From Bigelowiella natans CCMP2755 (Eukaryota > Protista > Cercozoa): a stretch of 34,403 nt of DNA. This document shows positions 22,401-32,671 of this stretch, piece by piece. The notes below the pieces were generated by a model. It was given only the letters and a program-made list of their open reading frames with translations, was not told where the DNA came from and searched no databases. Position numbers and translations under genes: made by a program. Each line of letters opens with the position of its first letter. Position 1 is the first letter of the stretch. Location of the stretch: NCBI GenBank assembly GCA_000320545.1, contig ADNK01002332.1, positions 1 to 34,403 of the forward strand. Reading direction: 5' to 3'.

Positions 22401-24311
22401 ATGAATACCCCGAATTCCAGGTGAGCAAGATCGTTGAAAATGGGAGTGAAAATGTCTAGGTTTGCTGTCTTGATGAATCATCAGTATGATAAGTACTTCA
22501 ATTGTCTCTTTCAGGGTTGACAAGAAGAAGATTACTGCAGCTACCTCTGCCGCTGTGCTACCATTTTCAAGATGGCCCACCGCGCTCGTTATATTAATTC
22601 TGATCTCCCACATGTCGTCACGGTTATTTTATATAAAGTGCAAACACTGTATCTATCGCATATAGTGCTAATACCCCACCCTTTTTTCTAAACCTTCTGC
22701 AGTGGTAATAGCAGCAGCAACCGATTTGCGAGCATCCAGCGGAATGGCGCGGGAAGCTTGGAACACGGGTGCCCGGCCAGTAAAATTTTACTCAATTTGC
22801 GTGGCGGAAAGTAGTTAAACCGTCGCTAATGCTAAAACTCAAATAGAAAATTGTTTCGAAAGACGTTGCTCGTCCTCCCCGTTGTACCTCGGAATACTGA
22901 ATATTCTTCGTGTTCCATACTGATGCAGTAAAGGATGGCCGTGGCCAGCAACAAACCCTTGGCCAAAGATGAATTGGTCCCTCACGAACGCTATAATGGA
23001 ACCCGACGTGTACCAGACGTGGAGAGCAACCCCGATGGTGCCGAAAGCGTTGCTTCTATTCTCAGTAATAAATTGATATGATTCCTTTACCAAACTCTTA
23101 ATTCAGGTCAAATTCGTCATTCCAACACCACTTACACGGTACGAAGATAGCACTTGGAGCGGGCAGTCGGCTAGAGAGTGGGTTCATTCTTGGGGTGGTA
23201 AGTTGCATTTAATGAATCGTTACTAGAGAATGATGTTCGGATCCGCAAAGATGTTGGTGCCGTCGTTTTGCTTAAAAGAACTGCTTGGCTCAGGTAATTC
23301 ATCAACCGAAGAGCACCAGCATCGGCGGAGGCAGCTGTTGTATAACACCACTGCGTATAATCTCAACAATACCACCTCAGCGAAAGCAACAACCAATGCA
23401 GCACCAGCAGATGGTAGCAGTAGTTTGCAGCCCTCTCTGCTTGGTATTCCTCCCCGCCCGTCGCCACCTGCCCCTGCACCAAAGTTAGTAGCAAGAATTG
23501 AGGACTTTCCATCGCACCTTCCACGAGGTCAAACGACAGCTGCTGCCACCGCTGATATTACTGGAAACTATACGATGGTTAAGCTGCCCAGCACTTCGGC
23601 AGATCTCACCAGACTTCCTGCTGCGAGTTTCGAGAGGGTGGAGGCAATTTGGGCGATCGTTACCGGATGGACGTACTTGGACGAAGTTGAAGGCCGTATA
23701 TGTGAATTGATACATCAGATGTTTGTGCCGTGGGTGCCGATAGATTTCACGGTTGTTAATTTTCACTAAACCCAGCTCTCTCAGCAATATTTAAAGCACG
23801 TCTTGTTTATGACTTTGCCTAGAAAAATCTTCGGTTCTATATCCGACACATACCGAAGCTGTTGCAAGTGGTGAGAGCCCACAACAATTGCTACCCTCCA
23901 ACCCCCCCTTTCTTGTACCTATGAATAAATTTTCAGGGAAACTCCTTTGGAGTTGCTAATATAAATGGTGCCCTGCATGGGACGAGCGTGTTCTGATAAA
24001 GAACTCTGTGAACAGGTAATTCTTTGGACAATCGGCGCCTACCTCCTGCCAATCAAGTTTACTGTCTACGTGGGGATAAATTTTCCCCGACTTGCGTCGA
24101 AAGAACTAAAGAATATGATCTTCGCGTGGTCTAAAGGGCAAGCTATTCAGTATGCGGTAAGTAAGATGCTATCGTCCCCAACGAGCTTCTTGGTCTGCGC
24201 TAGTGTCATTTACCGATTACTGAGAAGGTTCTTTCCTTGGCATTGATCTCTCATCTGCTAGGAAAAATTGAACGCTCATCACAAGTACCAGAGCGTAGAC
24301 GCAGAGTGTAG
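22401..24311 (+). CDS. Hypothetical multi-exon protein with an N-terminal hydrophobic leader ending LNLRGG and a C-terminal hydrophobic segment
   Basis: Stop-free model: 22401-22420, 22515-22622, 22703-22810, 22929-23037, 23107-23197, 23294-23733, 23823-23870, 24016-24156, then a last exon ending at TAG 24311 or TGA 24564 (acceptor/donor choice ambiguous). It reads MNTPNSRVDKKK...WPTALVILILISH...LLNLRGGNKGWPWPATNPWPKMNW...REWVHSWGG...FERVEAIWAIVTGW...KLLQVVILWTIGAYLLPIKF. No family recognised. Confidence 0.6.
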
Positions 24312-24696
24312 TTTCATGATTGCGAGAGCTAGCAGCACATTTCAATTACACACGGGCCAAATGTACACACTCTCATGCTACGTGCATGCGACATGGTATG
24401 CATGGCTGCTATGGCCCTTGTTTGCACAGCGATCTAGCAGCTATTTTATAATTTATGACGTTTGCATGCAGCATGCGTTTGCGCGCGTGCATAGGCTTCG
24501 ACTTGTAGAACGCGTCATACATTGTCATAGCTATACATCGAGCCCTCCTTTTAAATTCCCGTGACTTTATTCGTACCAGGCTCCGCCAGCACTAGTACGT
24601 CACAAAGCAATCCTTCGCATGCTGCGTGCTTATTTATGGTTTGCCTAGTTAAAGACGCTAGGCAAATGCTACGCCGCTTCGCTATATTAGCTAGAT

Positions 24697-24778
24697 TAGC
24701 CGCTGCTTTGCATAGTTACATTAGGAGGACCGTTGAAAAAAATTAATATGATTTAGTCATTACATCCGTCTCATATCG
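24697..24778 (+). repeat. Copy of the same dispersed repeat
   Basis: GCTTTGCATAGTTACATTAGGAGGACCGTTGAAAAA...GTCATTACATCCGTCTCATAT matches the copies at ~18.3-18.6 kb. Confidence 0.75.
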
Positions 24779-25350
24779 CACATAGCTAGATAGCAGCGTA
24801 GTATCAATGTGCTCTGCGATGATCGACTATATGTGTGAGTCGTTACAAGTAGTCATAATTTAGGCATATGCTAGTAATCCTCAAGCTTTGAGATGCACAT
24901 ATGCACCAACAGCCTATCTCGATATACTACGCATGCAACCTTTATAAAGCGCTTATGTAGGGCGAATCATATACAGCACAGCAGTAGCATCGCATCGTAT
25001 CCAACAATAAAGCTACCATGCGCGTGCGTCTTACTTCTGACAGCAACAGCAATGATAGCTACTTTTGGCCGTCTGTGCGTTACAATTCGAGTAGAGCCAC
25101 AGTAGTCTAATATATCTTCAAAATGAAGCTATATGTGTACGAGATTTCTCGTCTTATATTCATTTCTCTTTCAACAATAATACATTGTAACTTTACTACG
25201 ACCCAACAGATATATAATATATGGTGAGAGAGAGAGCTATCTAAACTAGTCGATGATGGAAAATAGAGCTTACCATCTTACATTATTCAACATCTATAAA
25301 AATTTCTAACATTTGTTGTGCTTACCAGTAACGTGCTGGATCCATCTAAA

Positions 25351-26751
25351 TCATCGTTCATCCGTGTCTGCACCGATGCATTTAAGGTATCTGTCATAGT
25401 AGTCCAGAGCTTTTTCGGTATCCCCAATATCTGCATATACCTCAGCTATGGAGTTGTATAGATCTCTCATTTCGAATTCTATGTCTCCTCCCGTCTTCTC
25501 CGTCAATTCCACTGCTCTCAGATAGTACTTTATTGCATCTTCGTACAGGTTCTGCCGTTGACAGCACGCACCTAGTCCCCGAGAGGCCCTTTTCTCCGCA
25601 TCAATATCGTTAAGTTGCTTCGCGAGCATTAGAGCCTTTTTAAATCTTACACTTGCGGAGCGAATGTTCCGCTTCAGCAGCTGCTTTCCTTCTTTTAGAG
25701 CAATTCGACATTGTCTTTCCGGAAGCGGCAAATTTTCAGGGATGGTACTACTCACGTTGAGACTAAACTCTCCTCCCTCTACTACTTCAGAGAGTGATAC
25801 CTCGTCAAGAGCGGCATTCTGTGGGTCCGATGTGACAACAGACGTCGTCGCCTTTGGCGCCCTTGGAATAGCGTAGTTGAGGTCGGGGTTGAACAACATG
25901 CCTGAAGAAACACCAGGATTCATGACTCCACCGACCCTCGCCTGTTTACGAAGCGCAAAGTTAATTTTGCGCAGTTGATCGTTCAAACGAACGAGTTCCT
26001 CTTTGCGTCTTCGGGACGCCAGGCCGCCCACAAGTGCCCCCGTGAGAGCTACCAACTCTGTGATGCCTACGACATCAACCCCGAAGGGGGTGGCGCACAG
26101 CTTTCCCTCCTGCGTGAGCTTTCCCTGGGACTCATAGTCCTGCTGAAGTTTCGCGACATTTTTTCTTGCTTCCGCTTCTGACTGTATCCGAAGGTTCACA
26201 AGCTCGTCTTCCCGCTGCTTTACCGACTCTGGAAGCTTGGATCGTATTCGAGCTAGACGTTCGCTGCTTCGAAGGCTTCTTTGCGCCTCCATGGCAGTGT
26301 CGAGAAAGCTATCCAGCTCTGTTTGCGGTTCGCCATTGTCTGGCAAGGCTTCAGGAGGAGGGGAGCGGGGAAGCGGATAAGACCATGATGAGCCTCCGAG
26401 AGCTGTGGCTGAGGCTGTTCCAGCGGCAATTAAGAGGGATTTAAGGTCTTCGCGCCTCCTAAATACTTTCCGGCTGATACCCTTTAGTTCCTCCGGTGAA
26501 GCTGTTTTGTATATGTGTGGCTCTTCATCGGATAGTGAGTGCCTGTGCGAAGGCCCACCTTTCCAACCAAGTACTCCCCTCCGCGTTGGAATCCTTCCTG
26601 CAATGCTCCCTTTCTTCACCAAACCCCGTATTCCTCTTATTTTGAACTCCGAAATAGGTATTGGTCTCCACACAAAGGCAACCGGCGCGAGTAGGCAAAG
26701 CACTGCGCACCATTGGAGAAGCTTGGAGGACGCTCCACAGGGGGGTACCAT
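25351..26751 (-). CDS. FLU: FLU/FLP (FLUORESCENT in blue light)-like TPR regulator of glutamyl-tRNA reductase, with a bipartite plastid-targeting leader
   Basis: Intronless 466-aa ORF. It has the FLU TM+coiled-coil motif CATPFGVDVVGITELVALTGALVGGLASRRRKEELVRLNDQLRKINFALRKQAR and C-terminal TPRs (EKRASRGLGACCQRQNLYEDAIKYY; YNSIAEVYADIGDTEKALDYYDRYL). The N-terminus is a hydrophobic signal-like stretch (WCAVLCLLAPVAFVW) followed by a basic transit-like segment. Confidence 0.9.
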   Translation of the reverse strand: MVPPCGASSKLLQWCAVLCLLAPVAFVWRPIPISEFKIRGIRGLVKKGSIAGRIPTRRGVLGWKGGPSHRHSLSDEEPHIYKTASPEELKGISRKVFRRREDLKSLLIAAGTASATALGGSSWSYPLPRSPPPEALPDNGEPQTELDSFLDTAMEAQRSLRSSERLARIRSKLPESVKQREDELVNLRIQSEAEARKNVAKLQQDYESQGKLTQEGKLCATPFGVDVVGITELVALTGALVGGLASRRRKEELVRLNDQLRKINFALRKQARVGGVMNPGVSSGMLFNPDLNYAIPRAPKATTSVVTSDPQNAALDEVSLSEVVEGGEFSLNVSSTIPENLPLPERQCRIALKEGKQLLKRNIRSASVRFKKALMLAKQLNDIDAEKRASRGLGACCQRQNLYEDAIKYYLRAVELTEKTGGDIEFEMRDLYNSIAEVYADIGDTEKALDYYDRYLKCIGADTDER

Positions 26752-26889
26752 TCGTGAGCTTGATCGCAGACGTCGTCAACCTTCGTTTGTAAGCTGAAGT
26801 TTTGGACCAAATTTTAACGGGAAACTTACTACTACTTCCATCTCTATGATGTCGACTTGCGTTCTTGTTAACACCCTGTGAATTTACAG

Positions 26890-28208
26890 GTGAATTCTAA
26901 GTTTGCGACAGAAAGAGAAAACTTGGCCCTCACAGCAAAATGGAAGCCAAGAACTTCCGAACTTCGAAGAGCGAACAGGGCTATTCCACTTTCAATCACT
27001 TTGGTATTCATTGTTCTCTTCGTCTCGGCAAGATCTACTGTGTGTACAGTTGTACACGTGACACACGTGGCCGTGATGCGGATAAAGAGGCACCAGAAAT
27101 TAGATGTCGTATTTGAGAAAAAATAGAACACATTTTATCCTTTTTATGTGAATATAAACATGTCGTAGAATATAAATTACCAAAATTTCCAGCATTATCA
27201 AAATCTCTTCTGAGCAAAATTCATCCACGATTGTGCTTTGAATTTACCAATATGTTGCCACATGATGATGTTCTGATCCTAAATGTACGGTGATCATGGA
27301 CAACATTCGGGAGGTGTTGTGTCTGTGGAGAGCTTCGTGGACCCTCTCCATCCGCAGCTTTGTCTGTCGCTCCGAGTAGGGGATCATTTTTCATCTCATT
27401 TAGGATGCAATTTCGAATTCAAACGTCTATGGTAACGGTAACAACGGGGCCGTTACCGTAAAAGATAACATTTTACTCATGAGGAGAGGAAAAAACCCAG
27501 TGATTAATGAAACATGCGACAATGAAATGGGACCGAATGGGGGGGCCCAAAGACGGCCGTTACCAATGCCGTTTCCACGTGAGCAATTTATTACGCATTT
27601 ATGGATTTGGGTCAGAAAAGAGCTAGTTGTCTCCTGCGTTAAGGTGCTTTTCAGATAGAGAGGGTCCAGGGATCCTAGACGTACATGGGAAGTCGCCCCA
27701 GGCGCTAAGGTAGGTTTGACGAACGCGGTGCAAGTGATAGAAGTTGCCGTTTTCCCCCGGTTTTTTCAATATTTGTCCATAAATGAATGAGGTTTTTCAT
27801 TTGGTTCAATGTACGACAGAGGATATTTCGCAGTAAAGAGATAGAATTTAGAAAGAGAAAGAGAAGGTCAGACCGAGAGCGCTCTGCCCGCCCTACACAT
27901 CCCATACGTAAAGTTCGCACCTATACGTACCACGAGTGAAAGCTAAAATGGAAGTCAACGCCTACTCGCCTCTGAACGTTGTGAGCATAAACTACGTTAT
28001 AGAGCTCTATTTCAACATAAGAAACTTGCCCAGGAAGCGTGCCAGACAGTCGCTCCGAGAGATGTTAGAAAACATGAGTGTGCCGAAGTACTCCACGTTG
28101 CGCAGAGACTTATTCAGAATCTTCAAACCTTACCGATGGAAGAACGAGTCTGAGAAGATGGCTTCATTCATCTCAATTATGTCCTACATACTGAAGGAGT
28201 CAATATGA
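26890..28208 (+). other. Possible exon fragments of an unresolved gene or pseudogene
   Basis: There is a signal-anchor-like frame at 26890-27126 (IPLSITLVFIVLFVSA), phase-compatible exon candidates at 27404-27578 and 27655-27709, and a protein-like ORF at 27936-28208. No complete stop-free model could be built. Confidence 0.25.
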
Positions 28209-28945
28209 CGCACAACAACATTTTACCTGGAATGATTACGTAATATTGAAGCCTGACTTTAGACTGTGACAAATGGGCTGGATTCTACTACCACCATTTG
28301 TATCGCTTACAAGGTCCATCATCCTATGAAGACCACACTCAGTTAAAGTGGCACACTGGAATTGAATCACGTTATATTCACCTCCATTCCCAACTGTAAA
28401 GCATTCGAGAATTTATCAAGAGCTGACCGCATTTCTTCTTTCATATGATGTCCACGCGACTACATCTCTGCGTGCATCGTTCAAGAGGAAAATAGAGACA
28501 GGATTAGAAACATTCTTAATGTCAATGTAACATATCCGATCTTGATTTTAGTTCCGTCCAAATTTCGATTAGTACTGTAAAAAATGAACTTAATTCAAAC
28601 AAATTATTAAAATGATTACTTTAAAACATCATCCTGGCACCGCACCACTAATGTTTTGCTGCTGCAAGGTGCACATGTGGATAGCTCTCTCACCGCTGCA
28701 CTTCATAATTTGTCATCATGTGTAGCATGTTTACATACGTATATAGCTATGCTACACGCTGACGCTGACTGGTCACATGGCAGCTTCAAATGTACGCGTT
28801 GCATTCAGCGATAATCGTCGTAGCTGCATGTAAGCATGAACAACATGTCATTGTGTTATTGCACATGCACGCTACATGCAGATCGATGCATCGCACGTAC
28901 GCAAGTGTCCGCTGCGCTGCATGTGCGCTAGCTAGCTATATTATA

Positions 28946-28993
28946 TATGAGACGGATGTAATATGCAATGAAGTACGTGTTTAAATTTTTTCA

Positions 28994-28995
<2 letters not shown>
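28946..28995 (-). repeat. Partial inverted copy of the dispersed repeat, abutting (TA)n
   Basis: ATATGAGACGGATGTAAT is the exact reverse complement of ATTACATCCGTCTCATAT at ~24759-24776. It is followed by AATTTTTTCAA, the complement of TTGAAAAAATT. Confidence 0.65.

Positions 28996-28997
<2 letters not shown>

Positions 28998-29034
<37 letters not shown>
28998..29034. repeat. (TA)n microsatellite
   Basis: Visible dinucleotide run. Confidence 0.95.
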
Positions 29035-29037
<3 letters not shown>

Positions 29038-29405
29038 CACAGCTGCAGACTATGCTACAATGCCTTTAGCTGCATGCATGATGGTCACGTTACTGGCTTC
29101 GTTGTGTATATGCGACACGGCTGCTATGTGCATGTGCGTATGTGCAATCTCCAATCTTGGTATATTGGAACATTATCATGACGATGATGCTGTAAATAGA
29201 TACGCTACGATCGATGTGAGCTTCAGCAAAGAAAAAGTTTTATCAGTACGTTCAAGGCAACATCACAAGTACGACAGCACAAAATTCTACTCCCAGCGTT
29301 TTTCCTTGCACTATGAAATCGGGCTTTTCTTCTGCTCTCTTCCATGCATCATTGTGTTCTGATGCATTACAGGTTTCGATGTCAGTTACACTTTCATCCG
29401 ACGTT

Positions 29406-31501
29406 CTATCTCTCGAAGTTGAAGAATTTAATTTTTGAGTTGTTACTATAAGGGCTGGACTCTCCCATGGCCTCCGCGCCTGTTTTCAGCATGATCGAAG
29501 TATTCCTCGAGTAGGTGGTCTTCATTGCACGTTTATGCTGTTTTGGTCCATAGGATGTGTTCCGTTTGAGGCCATAGGTAGAGCTCGCCTTCATTGAGGG
29601 CGAATTTGCGACAGGGGATGAATAGCCTGCATCGACGTGACCTTTCCTTCTAACGTAGTACTCAGATTGGGCTATGGTCATCGGCGAGCCGAGCGAGGAA
29701 TAACGTTCCGACTGCATGGAATACTCCCAACGCGGCTTGGTGCCGTTTGAGGGGGACTTCACGCCTCGCGCCAGGCGATCCTCCAGACGACCAATCTGCC
29801 GGCGCGCGGCTTCGAGCGAGGATTTCATCGTGCTGGACATTGATGTCTGGTCATGTGCCTGCTTCTTGTAGTAGTCCCTCTCCTCCTCGATCCGCTTGAT
29901 GTACTGCACAGTCTTATTGCTCGCGAGATCGTCGAGCATTTGCTGCTTCGCGGCTTCTATCCGGATGGTTGCCTCGCCGTCTACCCTATCAGCACCCTTT
30001 GAGGTTGGCCTCTTCTTATCCCCGGTGAAGAGTCGCTCAGGATTGGTGGCCGAGAGGCCTTGCTTCTTAAGGAAGTTCCTTGCCTTTCGAATGTACTTGG
30101 AGATCTCCTTGCATCGCTCAGGAGCTAACGCCATTTGCGACCGGAGCTTCTTTGGGATGGAGTAGGTCTTTATTCCACATTGATCGGTGATGTCATACTG
30201 GCCAGACTCCATGTTGTGGATGATGCTCGTTGTGAGATGCACGAAGTCGTAGAGGTACTTCACTTCAGTCTCAAGTTGGGCCAGCTGCTTCTTCTTAGCC
30301 TCCCGGTAATCTTTGTACTCGGAGACAAACCTTTGCATGTCCGCGTTCTTGTTCATGGAATAGGCTTCGAATTGTTCCTTCATGCTCTTCATACGTTTTT
30401 CCATGTCTTTCGCCGCACGGATCCTCTCCTTAGCCACAGCTGCATCGATGCGATTTCTCTGCTCCGCCTCCAACTTTTGTTTCGCGCCCAATTGCGCAGG
30501 CGACACACTCTCGTTCGCAGCGCCCTCCGAGAATCCATAAACCTTTCGGATCTTGCTGAACTCGGCTTGGTAATTTGACATAAGCTCGTTTGATTTCTGC
30601 ATAAGATTGTTGACCTCCACCTCGCGCTGCTGCTCCAGCTCCTTGCGTAAGGCCTCTTTGGAGGAAAGGACTTCCTTAATATCTGTGTTCAGCTGCTGGA
30701 TTTGATTGCGGAACTTGGTCGCGGTGGCTAAGTGCGTTTTCTCCATCTCGCTTATGCGCTTCTCAAGCGCCTCTTTCTCTGCCGCTGCATCTCGGAGCTT
30801 CTTCTCTATTGCAGCCTTTTCGCCTTTGATCTTCTGTAATAGGACCCCCTTCTTCTGGCTCATTTTAGATTCGAAACTCTTCTGATCGGCCACACTCATC
30901 ATGCTCATGTCCTTCATTAGTTCGTTATTGAAGCTACCAGATGTTGATATGCTCTTCATCATCTTTCCAGCCACTCCGTCTTCGGTACCTGCCTGCCCCC
31001 CGCTTTTCCCGTCTCCGACGTCTGACATGTTGACAATTTCGTCTAGGTCATCCTCCCCTGGGTCCCCGCCCGCATCCTTGAGTCGCCGTCGCAGCCCCAT
31101 GTTGGACATCTGTGCGCGCTGAAGTTTTTGTTGGAGCTCCGAGACCTCTGCTTGGAGGCGCTTGATCTTTTTCTGCATCGAGATAGGATCCTCCTCGATG
31201 ACGTTGATGTGGATCGTGTTGAGCACGTTCTTACACCGATTCGCGAACTGTAACGTGTTCAGGGACTCTTCGTAGGAGCCGGCAATGGGGTTCACGGTTG
31301 CGAGGAGTGTGCAGAATGAATTTCCGCCAAGGCTGTGAGGAGAGCAGAAGAGGGGGGAGAATGTGTCATGTCCTTCATCTCACGTTATCTCAGAAAACAT
31401 TTGCAAGAATAGCGATTTACGCAAGATATCTTCTACGCTTCTCACTTTTGGAAGTTTGGCAATCAGACGCACAAAAAAGGTTTTTCTATCCTCTCCCCCC
31501 C

Positions 31502-31564
<63 letters not shown>

Positions 31565-32671
31565 TGTGTGTGCTTGTGTGCGTGCATCCTCTTCAGTTCT
31601 TTCAGCACAAACAAAAATACCCTAACGCAAACCTGTTCTGCAAGATCCTCGTTAGCTTTGAGTCGCGGTACGGAATGTGGCGAATATCACCTGAGTTTAG
31701 ACTCATCACTACTTTCCCCAGCGATGAGAGAGACGAATTGATAGCCTTGGTCTCTCTCAGGCGATCGGGTTGTGTATTCTGATCGGCAGTAAGCCGTTCG
31801 GAGCCTGCAAGATCTACGAGGTTAATACTGCCGGACAGCATATCTCCTGTCTCTTGATCGGCACGAACTAGGGTGAGGGTTAGGACTGTGTGGGATCGCG
31901 AGGACACTGGATTATGCTCCGTTTCGTAGGTCTGTCGCTTCTGGAGGCCGGCTCGGATCACATCGAGCCCCTCTTCGACGGATGACACGTGGATGCGCTG
32001 AAGGTTCTTGACGTATACCGTACCGTTCTCATCTTGCCGAATCTTGAGGTTCTCGTCGTGGTGCTCCAGCTTGCTGCTGTTGCCTTGCTTGTTGAGCAAA
32101 TAGTGAATCCCGAGGTCGCGCACACGCTCGAGGTAGATTTCTAGGAAACTTACCAGGAGGCCCACGTTCTCCCCACCACCGCCCTGCTTTTCAATGACGG
32201 AGAACATCTCGTCCATCACGCGGGGAGCGATACCGCGCCGTGGTCCCTTTGCTTCACCGAAGATACTGTAGTATCAATGAGTTTATTTTGGGATTGTTGG
32301 TTTGCATGTTTGGAGTAGAGATATTTTGTCATTTTATAAAATATATAATCTTTGACTAACCTGTACGTTTTCCCACTCCCTGTCTGTCCGTAAGCAAAGA
32401 GGCAGCTGTTAAAGCCCTCCCATGCATGCTCAATCATTGGGTGGACGAGCCGGTCTGAAATAGTGCTTTGGTCCGCTCCCATGTCAAAAACGTGATCATA
32501 CTGGAAAAGCCGCTCGGTCTCATCAGCCCCGCCGAGCTTCGTGCGTGGGGTCGTCCACGTGATGCTCTTATTTGTCCCATCAACAGTGTAGTTTACAAGA
32601 GGTCGTTGGGGATCTGGTTCATCAAAGCCCCGCACACGAACGTGTACCGCTACGTTCGATACTCGAGACAT
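29406..32671 (-). CDS. N-terminal-motor kinesin with a coiled-coil stalk (~956 aa, 3 exons); subfamily unresolved
   Basis: Exons 32671-32361, 32265-31633 and 31332-29406 join in frame (2871 nt). Motifs: P-loop AYGQTGSGKTYS, switch I NPVSSRSH, switch II LVDLAGSER, INSSLSSLGKV, HIPYRDSKLTRILQN|SLGGNS, ESLNTLQFANRCK, then heptad-rich coiled coil and a Ser/basic tail. Confidence 0.95.
31502..31572. repeat. Compound (CT)n(GT)n microsatellite in kinesin intron 2
   Basis: Visible run inside intron 31632-31333. Confidence 0.95.

Noticed and set aside
23937-23967. Apparent in-frame TAA (stop read-through or pseudogene) in the orphan gene
   Set aside because: An alternative splice path (donor 23734, intron 23871-24015) gives a stop-free protein, so read-through is not needed.
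27430-27565. GGTAACGG/CCGTTACC inverted repeats as transposon TIRs
   Set aside because: Only 8-9 bp, with no target-site duplication, and inside an open exon-like frame (YGNGNNGAVT).
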